Source: Thermoplasmatota archaeon (GTDB taxonomy: Archaea; Thermoplasmatota; Penumbrarchaeia; Penumbrarchaeales; Penumbrarchaeaceae). From it: 64,000 bases of DNA. Under the pieces are notes generated by a model. It was not told the DNA's origin. It worked only from the letters and a program-made list of their open reading frames with translations, and ran no database searches. The stretch lies in NCBI GenBank assembly GCA_029762535.1, contig JARVGK010000015.1:20-64019 (forward strand), written 5' to 3'. The position numbers and the translations under genes are program-made. The number at the start of each line of letters is the position of its first letter. Within the stretch, counting starts at the first letter, position 1. Below are positions 57,801 through 64,000 of this stretch, piece by piece.

Positions 57801-58837
57801 TGATGATAGAGGACATCCTCTTCATACGGGGAACAGCCGATGATGTTGAGAAGAACCTAAGGAACGTTCAAATAGGCATTGTAGAATCGGGAGAAACCGT
57901 AAGTGCATCTGACTGGATAGTGGTCAAAGGAACATATGTCTGGAATTACATACTAGATATCAGATTATTCGATGATGGCGAATATGACATACATATACGC
58001 GCCTATGACGGTAACAGGGATTTCTCGGATGTATTCTCTGTAGGTGTGGCCATCAAGAACCCAAAACAGGTATTGGACCTTACACCACCCATAGTTACCA
58101 TTACCACCACTTTCACATCCGAAATGTCAGATACAGTTGATATTGACGGAACGGTCTTCGATGATTCTGGATATATCGAACTCGTCGAATATCGCATAGA
58201 TTCCGGTATCTGGAAGAAGGCTACGGTCGAAGGTATGAGCTCCTGGTCCGCCAGAATAAATACAAGGATGCTGGAAAACGAAGAACATATATTCTCGGTC
58301 AGGGCATATGACGGAAAGGCGTATTCGGATACCAAGACCATGAATTTCGATGTGTACAATGAGGACTCCGATATGGATGGGATACCAAACGATGTGGAAA
58401 AGACATACGGTTTGGACCCATTCAATCCATTGGATGGAGCGATGGATTACGACGGTGATGGTTTCAGCAATGCTGTCGAGATAATGGGAGGATATAATCC
58501 ATTCGATGCACGCAGCAGGCCGAAGGCTCCAGGTGATGATAGGACCCGATTGGATGCATGGGCCATCATAATGATCGTCGTTGCAGTGGTATTCGCTGTG
58601 ATCATCATCGGTCTTTTCATCATGAACGTCAGAATGGATCGCAAGATACACAAATGGAGGGAAGAGCTCCAGAGCCGAAGAATGCAGAGAAAGCCAAAGA
58701 CCCTGCTGCAAAAGATAGTGGAGATAGCTCCCACCTACAAACCGAACGTCGTTCCAATAACAGGAAATGCGCTACCTGGATCGGCAACTCCCTCACAGGA
58801 GAATCTACCTCCTGCGCCTGAGGATCTCAATCAGTAG
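54836..58837 (+). CDS. Large surface protein: nested beta-sandwich domains, Tyr-rich DNRLRE-like domain, cadherin-like and Ig-like repeats, DxDxDG repeats, C-terminal TM
   Basis: Signal peptide MRK+hydrophobic; YEVTGDWPE, FDLYPIVRDW..G..NNG, PRLVL; VNDEP/VNDAP/INDKP; RAYDG x2; TM. Confidence 0.8.
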   Translation: MRKVILVSGLMLIMLAASFMVLGDANKKIDNSSFTMSTPGGLVNVSTAEVNFEDTLFNNSANLFVYNNATYDMVKMKLTAGPSRDGIYPSNVRVDLDNNGRPEYVFGGAGTGQWGNQTLMFDRNYAVRSQIDFLPSAEGDLMYLKLPSSADVKSIEFEIEHPTEAVYKNILVNQNLPGVYMDYGYMYFYDYGYSAGGGYSYGYMYYYMNYFKYIQTSYLMSSNHMGYNYVPSSYYSHYIYGNPFYNYYIRWDETNQDLVVPPGANLMEYTMVWPVRQYRYSNSNYGYSWTNDSKPNYYAGERTYGLYEVTGDWPEYGDAGDYSYKYQSGDRWYAYNRQYVNPYSNASRDSYMDDLLPPSNNTPFSTYKVDENWGTSTYNDITDMSFDLYPIVRDWIDGVKDNNGLYINTYKTPYSTYPHWGGNYCLYNNNYPSSGFSAKRDRNNGYFYYHGQFINPLYSSNSGWDYMKPRLVLGFSLDSMNPWVDVGDDGVQDYSHPGKLEGSMSLSGYQAPINNYLRSNFPDMVDDYGNEWTYVPIRIGADSAGKVIVKNMTVKYDYEADLYYNPSKGNLLNELNSVVPKTEEGHTILNINVTSNTKGKVMFKDLEMTGMRPNYRPKLIEEIPDIEVDEGVENDMFLAISDHFMDEEQGSNTLQYYVKKNSMPGKVDIFFTTAAARADKVYMGISTANDPNWFGDVVVQIAALDEGGKETLTNEFTITILPVNDEPELVKELPVISAMEGIDDIQIEYIAPSGRDTANGKWSAIFHGRGTDYFMDVEGERIFLDFALLGPEMDEQTLITTDPNGFRYYAGERNQVTLTVLPPEYTDDPDNYVVLIGSHSDYSSDQGMYYLAIYASDNADEINTQSMFVLPINIVPVNDAPYVIDIPDIRMREDEIYVSNFNFVESYIFDVDTPREELLVTLRSRDEKVDVLLEDQKLHIIPEENYNGIVYVDVEVFDGELTTESSFRVLIESINDKPTLVVTNLYDGMMIEDILFIRGTADDVEKNLRNVQIGIVESGETVSASDWIVVKGTYVWNYILDIRLFDDGEYDIHIRAYDGNRDFSDVFSVGVAIKNPKQVLDLTPPIVTITTTFTSEMSDTVDIDGTVFDDSGYIELVEYRIDSGIWKKATVEGMSSWSARINTRMLENEEHIFSVRAYDGKAYSDTKTMNFDVYNEDSDMDGIPNDVEKTYGLDPFNPLDGAMDYDGDGFSNAVEIMGGYNPFDARSRPKAPGDDRTRLDAWAIIMIVVAVVFAVIIIGLFIMNVRMDRKIHKWREELQSRRMQRKPKTLLQKIVEIAPTYKPNVVPITGNALPGSATPSQENLPPAPEDLNQ

Positions 58838-58864
58838 ATAAGCGATAATACAGCACGAACGAGT

Positions 58865-58899
58865 TAATGCCCCGGACCTTACCGGGGCATTATTTTTTT
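58865..58899 (+). terminator. Hairpin plus T-tract terminator
   Basis: Perfect 11-bp stem TAATGCCCCGG / CCGGGGCATTA with 6-nt loop, followed by TTTTTTT. Confidence 0.8.
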
Positions 58900-58955
58900 A
58901 TATGTTTATCTATGTCGAGGACACATATACATAACGTGGTATTAGGGGTGATATA

Positions 58956-60212
58956 ATGGATATCGATACGGTCTATGAAACCATCCGATCCTTTAACTGC
59001 GGTTTCGACATCCTTAACAATGAACTCGAAAGATCGAACAGTGATGAGATGGATATCATTTCTTCGGCCTTTCAAGACCTCCTATCGGGAATGGAATTGA
59101 GCCAATATATGGGAGAAAGGAAAAACATTGGAATAATCGTCAACGACAGGAACAGATCGACAAAAACCTCTCTTGTTCTTGAGTACCTAATGAAGACTTC
59201 GCCTAAGACCATTGAGAAAGCGCACATCATCATAGCTACAGGCACACATGTCGAACCTACAGAAGAGGACATTATGACCATACTCGGTTCAACATACGAT
59301 AGTAATCGACATAGATGTCATATTCACAGAAGCAGGAACGACGATGAACATACCCGTCTAGGCATCACATCAAAAGGAACGGAGGTTCATTTAGATAGTA
59401 TCGTGAATTATATGGATTATCTGATAATGATAAATTCCGTTGAACCACATTACTTCGCCGGTTTCACCGGTGGAAGGAAATCCATTCTTCCCGGGATAGC
59501 CTCCTTCAAGACAATAGAGAAGAACCATTCAATGGCCTTGAACGAAGGTTCGAGGACCATCGCACTTGAAGGAAATCCCGTACACGAGGATATGGATGAA
59601 GCAGCTCGGTTATTCATGAAAGGCCGGGACCATCTGAGCGTTCAACTGATACAATCATCTGGTGACATGTTATCCAAGGTGATCATCGGTGATCTCTTCG
59701 AATCATTTTTTAATGCGGTGGAAGAATCAAAAAGATCGTTCTGTACACCTATCGATCGACTGTATGATATAGTTATAACGATCGCAAAGTCCCCAATGGA
59801 TAGAACCCTTTATCAAGCCCAGAAAGCATTGGAACATGGTAAGCTCGCTTTATCAGAAGGAGGTTCAATAATCTTGGTCGCATCCTGTAAAGATGGTATC
59901 GGTCAATCAACGTTCTGGGAACTGCTAAACTCGAGCAGAGAACCTGGCGGAGTATTGGAAACTATCGAAAAAGGGTACAAGCTCGGTTATCACAAAGCAG
60001 CAAGGATCGCTCAGTTGGCGGGAACATCAAAAATATATCTCGTCAGCGATCTCGACCCATTGGAGGTTAAAAAGGGTTTCATGATAGGCTATCGATCTTT
60101 TTCAGAAGCTTTCAGTAAAACATTGGATGATCATGGCATCAACTCACAAATAGCTATAATACCAGACGGTTGTGTGACCGTTCCTGAAATTAGGAAAAAG
60201 GGGAGGGAGTAA
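58956..60212 (+). CDS. larA: Nickel-pincer-dependent LarA-family alpha-hydroxy acid racemase/epimerase
   Basis: ND..R, ATGTH, PHYFAGFTGGRKSILPG, NH, LYQAQKA. Confidence 0.88.
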   Translation: MDIDTVYETIRSFNCGFDILNNELERSNSDEMDIISSAFQDLLSGMELSQYMGERKNIGIIVNDRNRSTKTSLVLEYLMKTSPKTIEKAHIIIATGTHVEPTEEDIMTILGSTYDSNRHRCHIHRSRNDDEHTRLGITSKGTEVHLDSIVNYMDYLIMINSVEPHYFAGFTGGRKSILPGIASFKTIEKNHSMALNEGSRTIALEGNPVHEDMDEAARLFMKGRDHLSVQLIQSSGDMLSKVIIGDLFESFFNAVEESKRSFCTPIDRLYDIVITIAKSPMDRTLYQAQKALEHGKLALSEGGSIILVASCKDGIGQSTFWELLNSSREPGGVLETIEKGYKLGYHKAARIAQLAGTSKIYLVSDLDPLEVKKGFMIGYRSFSEAFSKTLDDHGINSQIAIIPDGCVTVPEIRKKGRE

Positions 60213-60213
60213 C

Positions 60214-61563
60214 TTGATGGATGAAAGGATCGAAAGGGCAAGAAGACCGGGTTATCTGTCGAACAAATTACATTCCTTTTACAAGGGTAAAACCGAAATG
60301 GCATTAAAAGCCCCAGTTAGGGATTTCAATGATTTCGCTATATGGTATACACCGGGCGTGGCCTCTCCATGCAGGGCCATAAGATCGGATCCATCGATGG
60401 TATGGGAGATGACGAACAGATCGAACACGATCGCGGTCGTTTCTGATGGATCGAGAGTTCTAGGACTTGGCGATATCGGGCCTGAGGCCGCCATTCCCGT
60501 CATGGAGGGTAAGAGCCTTCTTTTCAAGTATCTCGGCGGTGTCGATGCTTTCCCATTATGCCTTGGAGTACATGACGAAGAGAGCATTATCGATACGGTA
60601 AAAGCACTGGAACCATGCCTCGGAGGTATCAATCTAGAAGACATATCCACTCCCAAATGCTTCCCGATCCTGGACCGACTCAGAAATGAGATGGGCATCC
60701 CCGTTTGGCATGACGATCAGCAGGGGACCGCAACCGTTGAGGTTGCAGGCTTTCTCAATGCTCTTAAGTTGGTTGGAAAGAGCGTAGATGAAGTTCAGAT
60801 AAGCATGATAGGGGCAGGAGCTGCCAATATTAGGATCGCATCCATTCTCACTCAAATCGGTGTAAGACCTAAGCATATAATCATGTGCGATTCGAGAGGT
60901 GTCCTCAATATGGAGCGAGAGGATTTTGAGAAAATGAGGTCCGATTCTCCCGAAAAATATCGTATATGTCAGGAATATAATGGTATGGAGAGAGAATGCA
61001 CTATCGTTGATTGTACAAAAGGGTCGGATGTTCTTCTATGCGCATCCACGCCTAAACCTGGAACTGTTAGCAAGGACATGGTAAGAAAAATGAGCGACGA
61101 CCCGATCGTGTTCGCGGCTGCGAACCCGGAACCTGAGATATGGCCGTGGGATGCGAAGGAAGCCGGCGCTCATATAATGGCAACAGGGAGGTCCGATTTC
61201 CCCAATCAGATAAACAACTCGCTAGGTTTTCCAGGCATATTCAGAGGTGCCCTTGATGTCAGAGCGCGAACGATATCGGACGGTATGTGCATAGCAGCCG
61301 CCATGGAGCTTGCGAAAGTCGCGGAGGATAAAGGACTTCACAAAGATTACATCATACCATCCATGGATGAATGGGAGGTCTTTCCCAGAGAGGCCGCTGC
61401 GGTAGGTATTAAGGCGATAGAAGAAGGGATCGCTAGGATCAGACCATCGCGTGAAGAGATCCTGGAAAACGCGTATGCTATAATAAAGAGATCAAGGGAA
61501 CAGACCAGATATCTTATGGAAAATGGAATAATAGAAAAATCCCCGCCAGATACAAGATTATAG
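60214..61563 (+). CDS. NAD(P)-dependent malic enzyme
   Basis: YTPGVA, DGSRVLGLGDIG, MEGKSLLFK, NLEDI, HDDQQGTA, GAGAA, TGRSDFPNQ. Confidence 0.95.
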   Translation: MMDERIERARRPGYLSNKLHSFYKGKTEMALKAPVRDFNDFAIWYTPGVASPCRAIRSDPSMVWEMTNRSNTIAVVSDGSRVLGLGDIGPEAAIPVMEGKSLLFKYLGGVDAFPLCLGVHDEESIIDTVKALEPCLGGINLEDISTPKCFPILDRLRNEMGIPVWHDDQQGTATVEVAGFLNALKLVGKSVDEVQISMIGAGAANIRIASILTQIGVRPKHIIMCDSRGVLNMEREDFEKMRSDSPEKYRICQEYNGMERECTIVDCTKGSDVLLCASTPKPGTVSKDMVRKMSDDPIVFAAANPEPEIWPWDAKEAGAHIMATGRSDFPNQINNSLGFPGIFRGALDVRARTISDGMCIAAAMELAKVAEDKGLHKDYIIPSMDEWEVFPREAAAVGIKAIEEGIARIRPSREEILENAYAIIKRSREQTRYLMENGIIEKSPPDTRL

Positions 61564-61570
61564 AATTGTA

Positions 61571-64000
61571 TCATTCTTCATCATATCGACGTGATCGGGG
61601 GCGACCTTTGGAACGCGGAACTGACCTGCCCTTGAGGATGTAAAGCAAGACGGATAATATCACAATGACAGATAAAGTTATGATAAATAAGATCATAGTA
61701 TTTGGGGTCTTGTCTTTTGATATTTCCTTACTCGGTGTTGCTTCGTATGATTCCGTTATCTGGCTCATGCCGAAGGATGTCTCGCATGATAAAGCCAGAT
61801 AATAGGATCTTCCGTTCGTGAGACCTGATAATCTGTAGCTCCTAGTTGAGGGAGATGCGGACCTGCTCAGAGTGAGGTTCGAAGGCTCCACTCCTATGAA
61901 TATATGATAGATCCAGATATCACCCCCTCCATTATTTTGGGGTGGTTCCCATACTATCTCGATCCACCCATCCCCAGATATAACTTCCAGTATCACAGGA
62001 GGATCCGGATATGTCTGAGGGACGGCTGGGATCACATCAGAGAAGGAAGATGATCCTTTTATGTTAACGGCCCTTACGGCAAAGTAATAGGTCCAACCAT
62101 TGTTCAATCCTTCGACGGTGCAGTTCCTTGAGTCAAGGCCTGTTCTCATCACATCAATGTTCTCGGGAGATCTTCCCATCCAAACCTCGTATGTGATATC
62201 CTTGAGGCCGCCATCATCTTGGGGTTTGGACCAGGCCAGTTCTATCACCTCTGAGCTTATCTGATATTTAAGGTCGATCGGAGGTCCAGGAACCGAGGTT
62301 GGTGTACAATTGAGGACCTCGGTAAGTTCTCCCTCCCCTTTTATGTTGACCGTGCTGATCGCGAAACCGTGTCTTGTACCTTTTTTCAGGTTTGTTATCG
62401 TCGAATTCATAAAAGAGGTACTGCTCAATAGATAGAGAGGTCCATTATCAATGGACATGTGGATGTTATATGTTGCCTCAATATCACCGCCGAGATCAAT
62501 GGGCTCGTTCCATGAAAGGTTGACCGTATCATCTACGTTCTCTAGAGAGAAATCAATAGGAGGGGAAGGCAGTCCATAAGGTATTATGGAAACAAAGGGC
62601 GATAGTTCCCCTTCAAAGTATCCATTGTGTGCACCGATCTTGAAGGAATATTCTCTGCCGTATTCCACATCATCTATGATGAATTTTTCCGTGGAGTGTT
62701 CTTCCTTGATCAGGAACGAAGTTCCTTCATCACCCTTCTGGTATATGTTATAGGTAATATTAACAGCCCCTCCAGTGTTTTCTGGAGGCCCCCATTGAAG
62801 TATTATGCTCTTATTTATCTGATAGATGTCAATATCAGCGACCTCTGTCATCATACCAAGTGGGGTGATATTATGCAGATAGGCCCTTTCTCCCTTGCCT
62901 AGATCGTTATATGCTGCAACTGAAACAGTATAGTATCGTCCGTTGACCAATCCTTCTATCATGAGCTCGGTCATCTCCAGATCGATATAGGTCTTTAGTA
63001 TCTGGTTGATCACATTTCCCAGATATAGAGCATAATGAACTTGATAAGCCCCTCCCTTTGATGAAGGGGGGTTCCATCTAATGAGAAGTGCCGAACTCAT
63101 TGGTATATATGTGAGGTTCTCAACGCTCGTTGGCAGACCCAGGGGGGTGGCATGGGAGGGATAGGATAAAGGACCTTCACCCAAGGAATTGGAGGCGGAT
63201 AACCGAATGTAGTGATCCATTCCATTCTCCAGCCCGCTGAGAAGGAACCAGTGCTGGGTGACATCTCTTATCTCTAAGATCTGGTGTTCGTCCTTTGAAA
63301 GATAGATATTGTAGGTTAGTTGACTGAAACCACCGGTATCGAGCGGAGGTTCCCATGTGAGGTTGATGGTACCATCTCCTATCCTAGAAGAAATGGTGGT
63401 CGGTGATGATGGGATCGAATACGCAGTACCATACACCATGGTTCGCTCACCCTCTCCAACTTTGTTGATTGCTGATATCCAGTAATAGGTCTCAGCTCCT
63501 TTTATCACAGAGGTATCATTTAGATCCTCTACGGATTGCTCTAAAAAGAATTGAGGATCGCCGGGATCGGTCGAACGATATATCCTGTAACCCAATAAAG
63601 GCTCGTTACCGTCATTAAGAGGTTCTTCCCATGAGACATGAAGGTAATTCGTTCCGTTATCTATCACAAGAGAACTCACCTTGGAGGGTATATCGGAGTC
63701 GAGCTTGAACTTTGTTAAGGTGATGTCATATCCTCCATTGAAGCTCGTATCATAGGCACCTAAAGTGGTAGGAAAATCCGAATCAAGGGTGTTGAAATAG
63801 GTATGCCCGGCGATCAGAACGTTATTTTCCCCCTGAAAAGCTATTGCCGTGGCCCTATCCTCATCAGCCCCTCCGAGGAAAGTAGAATGCAGTATCTTTC
63901 TTCCGTCGGCAGATAGTATCATAAAGAAAAAATCCAGTTCGTTCCTTGTAGTGTCATATGCTCCCAATGTTATCGGAAAATGGGTCGAGTCCGTATATCC
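61571..64000 (-). CDS. 5'-truncated surface protein: SBBP-like propeller repeats, about 7 fibronectin type III domains, C-terminal TM
   Basis: Frame open to window edge (GYTDSTHFPITLGAYD); repeated W..P...GG....Y and A.N..GEG. Confidence 0.85.
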   Translation of the reverse strand, partial: GYTDSTHFPITLGAYDTTRNELDFFFMILSADGRKILHSTFLGGADEDRATAIAFQGENNVLIAGHTYFNTLDSDFPTTLGAYDTSFNGGYDITLTKFKLDSDIPSKVSSLVIDNGTNYLHVSWEEPLNDGNEPLLGYRIYRSTDPGDPQFFLEQSVEDLNDTSVIKGAETYYWISAINKVGEGERTMVYGTAYSIPSSPTTISSRIGDGTINLTWEPPLDTGGFSQLTYNIYLSKDEHQILEIRDVTQHWFLLSGLENGMDHYIRLSASNSLGEGPLSYPSHATPLGLPTSVENLTYIPMSSALLIRWNPPSSKGGAYQVHYALYLGNVINQILKTYIDLEMTELMIEGLVNGRYYTVSVAAYNDLGKGERAYLHNITPLGMMTEVADIDIYQINKSIILQWGPPENTGGAVNITYNIYQKGDEGTSFLIKEEHSTEKFIIDDVEYGREYSFKIGAHNGYFEGELSPFVSIIPYGLPSPPIDFSLENVDDTVNLSWNEPIDLGGDIEATYNIHMSIDNGPLYLLSSTSFMNSTITNLKKGTRHGFAISTVNIKGEGELTEVLNCTPTSVPGPPIDLKYQISSEVIELAWSKPQDDGGLKDITYEVWMGRSPENIDVMRTGLDSRNCTVEGLNNGWTYYFAVRAVNIKGSSSFSDVIPAVPQTYPDPPVILEVISGDGWIEIVWEPPQNNGGGDIWIYHIFIGVEPSNLTLSRSASPSTRSYRLSGLTNGRSYYLALSCETSFGMSQITESYEATPSKEISKDKTPNTMILFIITLSVIVILSVLLYILKGRSVPRSKGRPRSRRYDEE

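Overview
Gene-dense archaeal chromosomal segment, most consistent with an uncultured Thermoplasmatota-type heterotroph. The taxonomy is inference from class I LysRS, TrmY, geranylgeranyl reductase plus ferredoxin, a GPN GTPase, a SAMP-like modifier, PolB, a SelB-like factor and many Ig/TSP3/Fn3 membrane-anchored surface proteins. It holds about 55 CDS and one tRNA-Gln(UUG). I saw no transposase, integrase or CRISPR array. The main blocks are: translation and lipid housekeeping genes (1-13 kb); a three-gene KaiC/RAD55 cassette next to a catalytically dead PLD-TPR protein (14-18.5 kb); a ~15 kb CoA/2-oxoacid catabolic cluster with IOR, POR/VOR, an acyl-CoA ligase, two Cys-less thiolase-fold proteins, two DUF35 proteins, a GctAB-like CoA transferase and an ACAD (27.5-42.7 kb); a SelB-like/ychF/polB run ending in a pseudo-FtsZ (48-53.7 kb); larA with malic enzyme; and six large surface proteins. 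The best candidates for undescribed biology are the pseudo-FtsZ that keeps the catalytic T7 loop but has lost its GTP-binding loops, the KaiC triad with motifs split across subunits, the Ltp3/Ltp4-like aldolase module, structured intercistronic spacers, and a nested Tyr-rich surface protein. All family calls come from motif recognition by eye; no searches were run.
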